Assembly: GCA_032718475.1 (NCBI GenBank)
Contig: JAUCBJ010001501.1
Coordinates: 191 to 64,190 of the forward strand
Source of the DNA: Nemertoderma westbladi
Lineage: Eukaryota; Animalia; Xenacoelomorpha
Length of the DNA stretch: 64,000 bases
Direction of reading: 5' to 3'
In this document: piece after piece, positions 51,871 through 64,000 of the stretch
How the letters are laid out: each line of letters starts with the position of its first letter
Numbering within the stretch: position 1 is the stretch's first letter
Program-made: the position numbers and the translations under genes
The notes under the pieces: model-generated
What the model was told of the DNA's origin: nothing
What the model saw: only the letters and a program-made list of their open reading frames with translations
The model's database searches: none

Positions 51871-53861
51871 GATGGTCTTTGTGGTTCAGATCTGGGAGAT
51901 CACTATTAACTGCCCAGATGAGGATTAACTTTATCTGATTACAAGTCTGATAGAAAAAGAAGGACAAGGAAGGACCACAATCAAACCAAAAAGATAAAGA
52001 AGAAAATACTGAGAACTAATGAAGAGGGAAAAATAAGCATTCGAAAATTGTTATATCTATTGTTATATTCATTCAGTCTCAATTAATTCATTTTATTATG
52101 GGTAATAAATACTATTGTGTAGCTATTTGTATATAAACAAAGTGATCTATTTTGTTGGAGATATTATCGAGTCGTCCAGTAGCTCAGAATATTGGTGTTA
52201 GGTCGTATGCATAGTAGGTTTAGAGTTCGAATCCGATTTAGGAAATTGTATTTTTGTAGTAGTTTATTTTAAATTTAAATATACCACCCACTTAAATTAT
52301 AGTTTGTTGAACCAATGCTGCACATACACGACTTCTGGTTCGTTGGACAAATGAAGTGCTTACATCTTTGATTTTATAGTTTGCTGGACCAATGCGTTGT
52401 TTAGGAATGTGATAGAATGTATAGAACTCGTTAGAATGTATAGAATTCGATTCCACATCTGATTTTACTATAAAAGATGCGTTTTTGGCCTTTAGTTATC
52501 ACTTCTTCTCATTAGTTTCAAAACTTCCTCACTTGACTTAACTTACTTGTAAAACTTAAACTTTAGTGAAACTTGTTAATTATTTCCTATGTAAATGTTT
52601 TGATTATTATTTATAATTCTGCTCTTAGGTAAAATATATACTTAAAATCTCGCACTATGTAAGTTTTGTGACACATCTATTTGGGAGGTCCCAGCCCAAT
52701 ATCGAACCAATGGCGGCCTAAAACCTTCAGACAACAATGATGCAGGGGAGGGATTTCGGCAAGATGCGTAGCGTAAGGAACCCACACAAACACCCACACA
52801 TTTCGGTTATGAACCGCAAGCCTTCATTTAAGACTGCCCACGCCAAGAAGGTAAGACTTCTTTCGACGCCCTCTACCCATCTAAGACCTTAGATCAGGGT
52901 GGACTGTTTTGACGTCCTGGGACGCCATAAAATTTAGGGACAATATCTTTGATCCAGGCAGATACCCCAACGTGCTATGCTGGTGCTAGCAGTGGGTGTA
53001 GGTACACTAAGTGTAACTAGCACACTCGATAATTTGGTGACTGTAACGTACTAGCTATCGGTGTACCAGATAGCAATGTAAGTTAACGTCTGTCAGCTGA
53101 TCTGCCTGTGTTTGACGTATTGTCCAGGCAAAAGGGTAGCGTTCATACTAGGGTACTAGCGTTCAATCTGGTTACAATCTGGGCAGTTACTAACATCTAC
53201 CGCGCGCGCCCTTGCCATGTACTGCTAGGTACTGCTGCATTAACACCATGGCAGAAAAATTTCTAGAACTAAATTTAAATACCAGATCAGCTAGCGGTAC
53301 AGTAGTAAATATTAGCATCCTATCTCTATTTCACAATCCGAATCTGGTATTAGGTGCCGATTGCGGGCGTAGTCATTAGTGAATTCAGGAGGAGAGTGGA
53401 GAGTGAATACAGGAGCCTTTTAACGTCATTTGTAAGTATTTTTGCCTTTTAGAGAGTGACTAAATTATTCTATCAGCTAGCACCCGATTATTTTAGTTAA
53501 CGGTCACCAACACCTAGTAAAGTAAATATGTACAAAATTGCGATTTGCCTTAACACACACACACATAAAACTATGTGTGTAATGCAGTCATACACTTTCC
53601 TCAGTCAAGGCAATTCATTGACATTGCACCTGCGTGCATTCCACCCTTGTCGATGTAAGTTTTTCCACATAGTTTTTCCACATATTGTTTTTATCCAGTG
53701 AGTTTTAGACTGCTCAATATTAAGCTCAATGGATTTCAACTTAGAAGTAATGGATCCTACATCCTATATAATTTTTTGTTTTGTTGTGAGACGTCCTGGT
53801 TGGGTGACTAAAAGATTTGAATTGCTGATAAACTGTATTGTATTAATCGCTGACATATAAT

Positions 53862-54128
53862 TGTTATTGAGTTTACTAATGAATAAAATAAATGTTATTG
53901 AGTTTACTAATGAATAAAATAAATGTTATTGAGTTTACTAATGAATAAAATAAATGTTATTGAGTTTACTAATGAATAAAATAAATGTTATTGAGTTTAC
54001 TAATGAATAAAATAAATGTTATTGAGTTTACTAATGAATAAAATAAATGTTATTGAGTTTACTAATGAATAAAATAAATGTTATTGAGTTTACTAATGAA
54101 TAAAATAAATGTTATTGAGTTTACTAAT
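53862..54128. repeat. 31-bp tandem repeat TGTTATTGAGTTTACTAATGAATAAAATAAA, ~8.5 perfect copies
   Basis: Identical units, each containing AATAAA. Confidence 0.95.
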
Positions 54129-54139
54129 AAATCTGCATG

Positions 54140-54631
54140 TTGAATTGCACTGAATTAATTAATCGTGAAACCATATTGACAAAAACCGGAAAGAACTTGT
54201 TCACTAACATAACCTATCTATCTATCGAATACTTTCACACAACTGAGATAATAATGCCATTGCACTGATTTAAGTATCTATGTACAATCTGCACCCAAAT
54301 AGCCCCAAAAGCCGATTCGGCCCACCCACTATATTTTTGTTAAACTTCCACTACCAAACCTTAAAAAGTTAAAATTTCATAAGCAGGGAATCATATTTTG
54401 ATGAAAAATAAAAGTAGTCCCAGGACAAAATTACAAAATTTTTCGTTTTCTAAAAGTATGGCAGTGTTGGCTAGATTTAGTAGGTTTTTTAAGACGCTGA
54501 AACGAATGTGATTATATTCCATTTCCAAAAATTGAAGTGAATGCTATTTTTCGTAATGTGGTTGCATAGTTACAGCAACTAAAAACTAGGAAGGTACCGA
54601 TTCCCCCCCCCCCCCCCCAGTGGTAATAGGG
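54140..54631. mobile_element. Orphan piggyBac-like terminus
   Basis: (C)nAGTGGTAATAGGG|TTAA resembles the reverse complement of the 10521 terminus; inner boundary uncertain. Confidence 0.45.
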
Positions 54632-56247
54632 TTAATGATAGATTCGGTGCCGACAGAAGTCGTATGTCAAAAAAGATGGAACATGGGATATAATGACTTT
54701 TGACTCATGTGTCGTAACGTATGACATATCAGTGGAGACGCTCCCATTGAAACCAATGTGTTCTATTATTTATTTCGACATATGACGTACCATTTACTCA
54801 ATGAAAGTAACAATTACATTTGAATCTCGGCTCTCAAACACGGTGTCTATTGGAATGAGCATTAGCAGACGAGTTTATACATAATATAATTTAAAGCCAT
54901 GCTGGCAGGAATTTCCGGCATGTAACTTAGTAATGCTGCAATGTGATTGGCTCATTGCCTATATTACATGATGGAAGATTGTTACAGGGTGGGAAGTTTA
55001 TTTTGGTCGCATACTTCTCAAATACACTGCAAGTAGCCAACTACTACCATCGAATTCAGTTTTTCAAGAGGTTTCGCTTTTTAATGATAGAAAGCTTTCA
55101 TGTGATTTGAAGAAATAAATTTTTTGTAAAAACTGTACAATGCCTTTGGCTCACTAAAGGAAAGTTTAGAACTACAAGACAAGTGTGTTATATACTATTT
55201 CTAGGCATATAGTTGTTCTCACCGGGAATATATGTTAAGTTACAGATTTAATTAATTCATCAAGAAGGTTGGCGATAAGGAAATGTCACTGATGGCCCGG
55301 GCTGGAAAGGCCACTGAAATTGCTGTTAGCTCTCGTTTCACAGCAAATATTTCAGTCATATTTTGTATGGTCTCAAATCACATCCTGTTTACAATATTAT
55401 TACACTTATCTTAATTCTTATCATATAGATTATAGAAATATAGGGTTAGACTTAAGAACCAGTTCAATATTTTGATACTAGCCGACGAACACATTCCAAT
55501 GCAGGCCCAGTCCTCAACCAACTGAACTACCCCGCCCTAAATACTAATTAATGGACAAGTAAGAACCGATAATGTATAGGTATACTCATCTCCGTCAGAT
55601 TAACTATCTTTCTACCGTTGGTCTTATGAATATTATTGAATAATTTAACTATACATATCAATTTTCACAACTCTATTATAAGGCAACAAGAATTTCAGCC
55701 ATTGGATTCAATATAAATGCTCAGAATTTCCATCTCGATTCGTCTTCCAGTATTGCACCATAGTTATTGAAGTAAAGTTTTATGGTGAACATGAATCACG
55801 AAACACCGGAGCCAACCCAAAGACTCCGTTCTCTTGGAAGTTACAATCTGATCAGTGCTCACGTATTTTTCGAGAAATCATTCAGGTCTATTGTATAGGC
55901 ATGGGAAGATAAACATATGCTACGGAAGTATTTGCAGTAGGATTATAAGGACATAGTAAATGTGTTATATTGTAGAAGCGCCAAACATGATAGAACGATA
56001 TCAACTAGAAGAGAAACGGTTGTTGCTTACGGAAACAATCCATCACCCGCTGTGTTCTCATCATGAGTGCAAACTAATAACTGCTTCAGGAATGTGTTTG
56101 ATATCATCTAACTCTATAAGAAAATCAATGTTTATTGTCATTTAAAACAACATTGTACACCATCAGCATTTATTAACGTGTATGTATTCAAAACTACAGT
56201 AGAGAATTCAACGAATTGTGTACCAAAAAATTGTAAATTTTACTACA

Positions 56248-56456
56248 ATGATTGTACTTATCGTTGTAATAGTCAGTCTGACACCCATTCTGGGTAGCGG
56301 TCTAGAGGTTGAGGGATGTGACTCGCACATTGAGCTGTTTTCTGATGATGGGCAAACAGGAACCCCGAAGAACATTTATAGCGAAACCGACTCAGCAAAA
56401 CTAACTCTTCTTTCTATCGACAATGATGTATCATCAGTAAACGTCATCTGTGGAAC
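56248..56456 (+). CDS. Exon 1 of a secreted beta/gamma-crystallin-domain protein (signal peptide plus Greek key motif 1)
   Basis: MIVLIVVIVSLTPILGS hydrophobic leader; IELFSDDGQTG...DNDVSSVNVICG; donor AC|GTTAGT, phase 2. Confidence 0.82.
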
Positions 56457-56669
56457 GTTAGTAAATAAATATTATTATTTAAGGAGATATGAAAAATAAT
56501 ATCAGTCGAGTATAGGAGTAAAACAAGGCACAGGAGTAATTAGGTAAGTAGGCAAGACCTACTGTATAAAATCATACTTATCTATAGCCTAGTTACTGTA
56601 CGTTACTTTCGAATCAATATTCTTTCCACTGACCTGTCTTGTTCCAAGTTTTATTATAACAATAACAAC

Positions 56670-56960
56670 ATTGCTAGCGTGATTTGTGGGGCGAGCCACG
56701 CAGTCAGGGCTAGCCTTAGCGCACAATTATAATTAGTAAATATGCCAAAATTTCATTTCCGTCTGCCTGGCTGTCTGTCTGTTCGTCTGTAATTAACAAT
56801 TCATTCAAAAATAACTTGAAGATTTTAACCATTTTCAACCAAATATTGTATGGGCATACTACAGAAGAAGTTCCAATATTTTTGAAAGTTACGGGCAAAT
56901 ACCTCACGAACTTTTGACTCCAAATCAAATCGAACTTGTTTCGAACTTGCTTAAGTTCGC
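56670..56960 (-). mobile_element. Helentron/DINE-like element end related to 26809-28082
   Basis: TGTGGGGCGAGCCACG...AGCCTTAGCG is the reverse complement of ~28044-28077; (CTGT)n nearby. Confidence 0.6.
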
Positions 56961-58200
56961 ATGATGCGCGACGCCTCAGGAACGTGCACTTATGACAATC
57001 GGATTAGACCGGTGCTACTGGTACCGGAACCGGTATCACTGGTGCTACAGAAAATACAAGTTACAGTGAATATCAATTTATACAGTGATCTTCTAATTCC
57101 GACCAGCTTCCTCTGAATTGCTGAATAGGCCCTATTCTTCATACTTAAGCGACGGTTAGGTGAGTACCGGTACATTTTAATACATGATGATGATCAGCTC
57201 AACTATAATGTCCAGAGCCGGCAGAATCAGCAAAGTAGCGCCCCCCAGATTGCACAGGCAGCTATCACTATTTTCAATAAAATATATCACAATATAATTT
57301 ACAATTACAATTTATAATCTATTTTTTCATAAATCATCAATATTTATAAATAGCACATGAAATTGCATTTATATTTATACGATATTAATCTTACAACTGC
57401 AGCCGAGCAATAGCATAGCTAGTGTAGCTCGACTGCTTAGCTGCAGTATTATGGGAGGGGGGGGGGGGGGGGGGGGGCTGGTGATTGTGATTGTGGAGTA
57501 CTCAGGATTCGATTTAATCGTGAAGTAATTTGTTAGTTCATTAGCAGTTCCATTCCAGTCCGCCACGATACAATACCCTATTGGGCGCAAACTTTTGGGT
57601 CAGTACTGCACACTAATACTGTAATATGATTAAGCCTAATGCTTATAGCCGTTGGCAGGTTATTTGGACTTGCAGAAGTGATCAGACAAATGTCCGTGCC
57701 GTGCCCAGTTCCCGGATTCCATAATACAGTAATACTGTGTTAAACAACTGTAAGCTACAGTAGGTATGCCTACTGCAGTACTGAGTACACTACTGCAGAA
57801 TGACTTAATTTCCTTAGTTACGGCTATCAGCTGATATTATTTTGATTATTTCGAATTTAAGGGATCATGTTTAGATATTCGGAAATTTTTTGAAGCCCTT
57901 GACTGTTGGTAGACTATCTGGAACTGTTTTCTGATTGTTGGTGAGTTTTTCAGACTGTTGGTAAGTATTTTTCACTATTGTCCGCAATACAATAGTATTG
58001 TCCTTAACTAGACCTATCCATAATATTGTAAACAGTCGCAGCAAATGTGAGGAGGTGATTTGGGAACATACAAAATATGACTCAAATATTTGCTGTGAAA
58101 CGAGACCAACAGCCATTTCAGTGGCCTGTCCGGCCCGGGCCACCAGTGACATTTCCATTTCGCCAACCTTCTTGATAAATTAATTAAATCTGTAACTTAA

Positions 58201-60358
58201 CCCTATTCCACCTGGGGTTAGGCAGAATCTGCCCAACATTTTTTATTTTTAAAAATTCATGATGATGATTTTTATGTATTATTATGAAATTCATTGACTT
58301 TTCCTAGAATTTAATTGGCTTTCTGATGGTTACAAAATATTTTTTTCATCATTTATACTTTTTGTGCTATGGTGTGTTTTTCATATTGTAAAAGCTTTTG
58401 CGGATATAACCAGTCATTTTCTCCGCAATATACCGTGTAGGTGTTTTAGTGGACATAACAAGCCATTTCCCCCGCAATGCGCAGTATAGGTGCTTTAGCG
58501 GACATAACAAGCCATTTTTACCGCAATGCGCTTAATACTCTAAAAGACTGGAACTCAGATGACGAAATTTGTCAGCTGATTTACTGTAAACGTGGAACAT
58601 CTCTTTGTTCAGCTTGTTCAGCTCAGCCAATCAGAGCGATTTTCATTTTATCTTGTACAGAGGCCTACGGAAAACCGCGCAATGCATTACGGTCTTTGTT
58701 TACCTTTCTGAGCGAGAGAACTGCTTGGAAATTCTTCTGTACTTCTGTGTTGGAAGTTTCAGACTTTGACCTAAACATCAGAAACATCAGATGGCTTTGA
58801 TTACAAGAACGTAAAACTATTAACGCGGCACTACGCAACGCGATTCAACTACCGCATCACACCGCAATTCATGCATTGCTGCACATGGAACACTGCATAA
58901 GTAACACATACTGACTGTTCACCGCATTATTTGATTCTGTTATTAATTGGTGTTATGTTGGTGTATATTGCTGATATATTTGGAGAATACCGATGAATAA
59001 TCATAAAACCCCCAATCTTCTTGATTACTAAAGGTTAGAGGAACAGGTTTACCGGTAGCAACTGCGACTTACATTATAGTGGTTTTTGTGTAAATTAAAT
59101 GCTATTTCATAATCCCTACATGTGTCAGTTGCGATCCTCCTTATATATGATCAAATTCAGTGACGGTCGGCAGATCAGTGCGCAGTAGTGTGAACTAGTG
59201 TGAAGTCGTGTGAAGTAGTGTGAAGGTTAATAAAGCATCTCCTGAAGAATGCGCTTTTTACGAAACTCAGTAGCCATCCAGTTGTGATTAGTATAAGTCA
59301 TAACTCTGTTTTATACTTAAAGCGCCACGTCCTAAAGGAACTGTTAATATTTCCCCGATAGTAAATATATTGTCAGAGATTATATATTAACGATCAATCG
59401 AATAATACAGTAGGTCTACACTGCAATCACTATCAAAGCATCCGAATCCAGTCTCCCTTAACTTTGGGTGAATGGTCGCGCACAGGCTGGCTTCGGCTGA
59501 TGTAACTTCAGTACATTAAATAATTGATATACAAAAAGACAATTAAAATTGGCAGGTTAAACTGCTAAAGGTCTAAAAGCGCGAACACATATCATAGTCA
59601 CATTTTTTTTATTATAATATCTTTATTAGCCTAACTGGTAGAAAAGATATTCCCTGGTTGGATAGTTCCCCTGGTCAACAAGCTAGAATACAACCAATTA
59701 CGGTCCAGGACATTCATTTGGCTGGGTTGTAAAGTTAAATTCAAACACGAGATTGTCTACTGCTTGGATTAGTACACATCAATCACATTATTTTTTAATA
59801 ACAAAATACTAAACTGACAGATAAGCAATAAGTCTACTAGGATAAAACAACAACCACCATTGAACCCAGTATATTCCTAATGTAATACAGCAGACATAAA
59901 CAGAGGTGAATAAATATATTCAATAACAGCACCCCTGGGGGTGTTTCTAATTGTCTGCTATTTATTAGTTATACTATTAGTGAATCTTACATTAGTGAAC
60001 TGTCTGCCAAAATATCAAATGTCAACAATCCACATTCTTCCATGGTCTATTAATTTCACTTGGGATGTCTGGCAGAGTTAGGTAGACAGTGGTGTTGGGA
60101 GGAGTATGTATAGTATTATCTCATCTTTTTACTATAATGGGTTATCTTCATGATAATTAATTTATATGGATATATTATTATAAATTATGAATATATAAAA
60201 CTCAGAACAGATGCATTATATATTTTTCTATAAACCTGCGAAAATTTGGAAAGTTTTGATAAAATTATCATTACTTTTTAGTGTATAATAAACTGTTGGG
60301 CAAATTATGCCCAACCCCAGGTGGAATCTCGAACAAAAGAGCCCAGGTGGAATTAGGG
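58201..60358. mobile_element. Non-autonomous piggyBac-like DNA transposon
   Basis: TTAA|CCCTATTCCACCTGGG ... CCCAGGTGGAATTAGGG|TTAA, with an internal second copy of the TIR motif near the right end; the empty TTAA site is seen in the inverted copy at ~55235. Confidence 0.9.
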
Positions 60359-60750
60359 TTAACAGGAGCCTCTTTCTTTCACTCAGCGCGTCATTGTACA
60401 TTTATCAGTACATTATATATTCCCGGTGATAACAACTATATGCCTAGAAATAGTATATAACACACTTGTCTTGTAGTTCTAAACTTGCCTTTAGTGAGAC
60501 CAATGTTGACACGCTCTGGAAAATCACCAATGCGTTTTTTTAACTCCGTTTCATGGTTACTACTTACTTGCTTTGTCTTCTCGGGAAACCTAGCAATGAA
60601 GAAATTAGCAACAAAACTGCATTAAAGTGACTAATAAAATCCAAAACAGATGGAGGTATAAGTATTATTACTACTCATCACTGATGCTGTTATACGATGG
60701 GTGTTCTGTCATAATTATCCACAATGTATAGAGAGCACAAACATGCATTA

Positions 60751-61019
60751 TCTATACCTATAAAAATCAAATTCTGTCTGTCTCTCTCTCTGTGTTCGAA
60801 CTCCTCCAAAACGGGTAGAGGGATTGCGCTGGAACTTGGCATGTGTGTATAACATTAACCAGTGGTCGTTATAGGCCACTTTTCGAAAAGTTTAATTCAC
60901 GTTCGGTACCGGTACTGGGTACCTGTACGTCAGTAGGCCTATACCGGTACCAGTACGCCAGTAGGCCTATGCCGGTAGCGGGAAATACCGGGTAACATGC
61001 CTCGGGTATTGCCTGCTAG
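60751..61019 (+). mobile_element. Non-autonomous Helitron
   Basis: A|TC start, CTGT microsatellite near the 5' end, subterminal hairpin AATACC...GGTATT, CTAG|T end, no TSD. Confidence 0.85.
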
Positions 61020-61499
61020 TATATTATACAAATCAATAAATGTTTGATGTTTTTAAGTAAAAAAAAATCAACCTAAGAAAAACTTAGATTTTGAAAAATG
61101 AACAACAATGTTGGAGACATGGATGAATCTGAACCCATACATAACTAATATCCTTGTGAACCACTACTCCTTAAACTTCATATAATTAAAATTCGGTTCT
61201 TCGATTAATCATGATGAATTCTATTTGAGAAAAGTTATCCAACAGGGTTCCATGATTTCAAGCATCCTTGATTACATCAACCATGTATGTAATCAAGGAT
61301 GTCAAACATATTGGACGAGGTTGTACACTGAATGGAAGATGGTAATCGTTGCATATAATATGCTGATATTATCCTTATTATTACATTTATTATCCTAACA
61401 AAACATTCGTCAATACTTAAATGTATAACAGTCCACAGTATGTCCAGGTCCACCTCATTATTAGAATAAATTGTTCGATAATTTTTGCAATCTTTGAAC

Positions 61500-62173
61500 G
61501 CATATATCTGTAGCATGTATCTGTAGCATATATCTGCAGCATATATCTGTAGCATATATCCGTAGCATATATCTGTATCATATATCTCTAGCATATATCC
61601 GTAGCATATATCTGTAGCATATATCTGTAGCATATATCCGTAGCATATATCTGTAGCATATATCTGTATCATATATCTCTAGCATATATCCGTAGCATAT
61701 ATCTGTAGCATATATCTGTAGCATATATCTGTAGCATATATCTGTAGCATATATCCGTAGCATATATCTGTAGCATATATCTGTATCATATATCTCTAGC
61801 ATATATCTGTAGCATATATCTGTATCATATATCTCTAGCATATATCTGTAGCATATATCTGTCGCATATATCTGTAGCATATATCTGTAGCATATATCTG
61901 TAGCATATATCTGCAGCATATATCTGTAGCATATATCCGTAGCATATATCTGTAGCATATATCTGTATCATATATCTCTAGCATATATCCGTAGCATATA
62001 TCTGTAGCATATATCTGTAGCATATATCTGTAGCATATATCTGTAGCATATATATGTAGCATATATCTGTAGCATATATCTGTAGCATATATCTGTAGCA
62101 TATATCTGTCGCATATATCTGTAGCATATATCTGTAGCATATATCTGTAGCATATATCTGTAGCATATATCTG
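61500..62173. repeat. 13-bp minisatellite TAGCATATATCTG, ~50 copies
   Basis: Read directly; explains the YMLQIYATDIC ORFs. Confidence 0.95.
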
Positions 62174-63560
62174 TTTACGAATTTCCAGAGGTAGTTCATT
62201 CCATACCATAGGACCTTGAAAACTCACGGATCGTTGTGAGGAGTTTAGTCTCATTGTATCTATGTAAAAGTTTATTAAGTGCTGAATTTATTATTAACCA
62301 GGTTTTTCTTGTTTCTTTTTTTGGTACATGTAAGTTAAATAATATTTCTATATCTTGATAAAATTTGTCGAATACTTCTTTATTTGGGACGTTATGAGAA
62401 GTGTAGGTCCAAATGGTTTGTAGGTCAAGTTCTTTCATTAAATTTTGGTATTTGAAATTTAAGTAATCGAACTTAGTGTATTTTTTTGTATTATTAAAGT
62501 AACATTCATAGTTCATAAACATTGTAAATGTTGACTGGTGGTCTGAAGTTCCAATTTTTGTATTACAGGTCCCAGAATTTGTAGCAGCTGTAGTAATATT
62601 TGTTATGATATGGTCGATGCATGTTTGGGTCCATGGAGTTATTCTGGTAGGGTCTTGGATGAGTTGGATGAAGCTGTAGCTGTTGAGGATGTTTATATAT
62701 CCAATAGGATTGTCCCTAGAAGTTAGCAAGTCTACAGTATATTGGTATCACCAGTTATTATAATGTCGTTATGAGTGTCAAAGTTTAGAAAGAGTACAGT
62801 CAAGAAGAGAGAAGTAGTCGTCGCGGGTCTGATAGAGTTCGTATTAGTAGGGTGTGGTAATATGAACTCTGGGAACTCACCATACTACATGGCTCGCCCC
62901 ATACCAGCAGATACTCAGACTCTAGCTAATCACGGTCTACGCCTGACACTGATTCAGGATTGTACTGTTGTACATGTACATAGGCCTAGACCCTAGAGCC
63001 CTACAGCTCAGTACAGTACACAGACACAGCATAGATACATTATACAGCTCGATGCTCCGCACTCCAGCTTTTACGTCTATCGCTCTACATCAGTACATAT
63101 TGCTTAGATTTAGGGCGTTTAATTTCAATCCATGAGTTTTCAAGTTCCTTTATTTTTAAATAATTTCGTTCCGATGTTTCTAAATCTTTCTGCACATAAA
63201 TAGCCGACCCACCTCTATCTAGCTTACCTATTTTTCGATTATCTGTAAAAGGTGATTTGTAGCCTTGAATTTTTAATAGGTCTAGGTTTGATTGGTCCAT
63301 CAGAAAAGTTTCGGAAAAAGTAAGCAGATCAAAGTTTTTTTCAATTAATAATAGAAAATCTGTTATGGGTGAAATATTTTTTGAGAGGCTGCGGCATTTT
63401 AAATTAAAAATATAAGATGTTGACATGTACAGTAATTTAAATTTTTTATTTTGGTTTTAAAACTTTTTTCAGTGTAGGTTCCTCCATTAATATTAAGATT
63501 AGTTATATTGTCATCTGCGTCTAGGATTGAAAAGGGGTATGTAAGGACTGTGGAAACAGG
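62174..63560 (-). mobile_element. Degenerate CR1/L2-like LINE: endonuclease plus extreme 3' end, RT deleted, foreign insert at ~62780-63085
   Basis: CRSL, FSETFL, GGSAIYV (63085-63426); TCIDHI, SDH (62196-62729); SFQGPMVWNELP 3' motif at ~62180-62230. Confidence 0.8.
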
Positions 63561-63739
63561 TAATATGTAGGCCTAGTATGTGTATGGTAATATGTGTATG
63601 GTAAGGACATTGTGTAAACAGTCTTTGATTAGGCTGGATTTATACACAGCTGGGGACTAGTAATATATACATTAGGTATAAATAAAACCCAAGATTAAAT
63701 ATACAAATATATATTTTTATGGTTTAAAATATTTTCTAG

Positions 63740-63897
63740 TTGGATTCTGTACGACGGCGATTTTGATGGCCCAACAGACATCGTTACGTTCGGCAGTTAT
63801 ACAAGTTCCCAACTCCCTGCCACTGCTGACAAGCTCAGTTCCTTGAGAGTCGTACCGAAATCAGGGTTAATGTTATTCGATGAAATTGACTTTACAG
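63740..63897 (+). CDS. Exon 2 of the beta/gamma-crystallin-domain gene
   Basis: Acceptor TTTTCTAG; in frame with exon 1 (AC|T = Thr); WILYDGDFDGPTDIVTFGSY...DKLSSLRVVPKSGLMLFDEIDFTG; donor G|GTAAAT. Confidence 0.85.
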
Positions 63898-63988
63898 GTA
63901 AATTTATATGATAATTCATAAAAATTGTAGGTAAATAATGTTAATTCTAAAGAATTTATATTATCATAACTTAACTTCATTCATTCAG

Positions 63989-64000
63989 GGATACCCCCGG
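63989..64000 (+). CDS. Probable start of exon 3 of the crystallin-domain gene (runs off the window)
   Basis: 91-nt intron ending TTCATTCAG; frame continues G-I-P-P. Confidence 0.5.

Larger units (their letters stand above)
43584..53555. mobile_element. Pair of ~1.45-kb inverted arms (43584-~48110, split by RTE copy 4; ~52105-53555) enclosing a CRE-like retroelement
   Basis: Long collinear reverse-complement similarity, e.g. GGCACCTAATACCAGA...GCTAGCTGATCTGGTAT at ~43790-43870 vs ~53275-53360; outer ends TGTTA/TAACA. Confidence 0.7.
55146..60503. repeat. Inverted repeat pair: 55146-55398 versus 58022-58200 plus 60359-60503 (second copy split by a piggyBac-like element)
   Basis: ~250 bp of high reverse-complement identity on both sides of the insertion. 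Confidence 0.88.

Noticed and set aside
53862-54128. CRISPR-like array (also considered for 1-160 and 26.9-27.8 kb)
   Set aside because: No unique spacers, no cas genes, eukaryotic context
10521-54635. One 44-kb piggyBac bounded by TTAACCCTATT at 10521 and AATAGGGTTAA at 54635
   Set aside because: Match is limited to the terminal bases and a G run; subterminal sequences differ and such ends are common here
56218-56499. 93-aa single-exon ORF from the track
   Set aside because: GTG start and tail are UTR/intron; real frame starts at ATG 56248 and splices at 56456
61277-62254. YMLQIYATDIC repeat ORFs
   Set aside because: 13-bp minisatellite read through rotating frames

Overview
Eukaryotic, most likely invertebrate animal, genomic DNA (spliceosomal GT-AG introns, AT-rich, no operons; species not identifiable). 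It is dominated by nested transposable elements and minisatellites. Two host genes are visible. One is the terminal exon of a six-repeat tectonin-type beta-propeller lectin (9152-9909, +). The other is the first three exons of a signal-peptide-bearing beta/gamma-crystallin-domain protein (56248-56456, 63740-63897, 63989-window end, +), which the ORF track misses because of a 7.3-kb intron. Mobile DNA includes four copies of one RTE LINE family, a second RTE with a 44-bp TSD, three CRE-like/RLE retrotransposon pieces, CR1/L2-like relics, a P element with an 8-bp TSD and THAP relic, two related solo LTRs with 5-bp TSDs, BEL/Pao relics, piggyBac-, Kolobok- and Harbinger-like non-autonomous elements, Helitron/Helentron-like elements and a tRNA-derived SINE. 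The most unusual structures are a ~10-kb unit of ~1.45-kb inverted arms with TGTTA termini enclosing a CRE-like RT/RLE ORF, a ~147-bp-phased array of seven CTCF-like motifs inside a Helentron-like element, an orphan zinc-knuckle ORF with a partly duplicated 3' end, and an inverted repeat pair bracketing crystallin exon 1. All alignments were done by eye, so identities and some boundaries are approximate.
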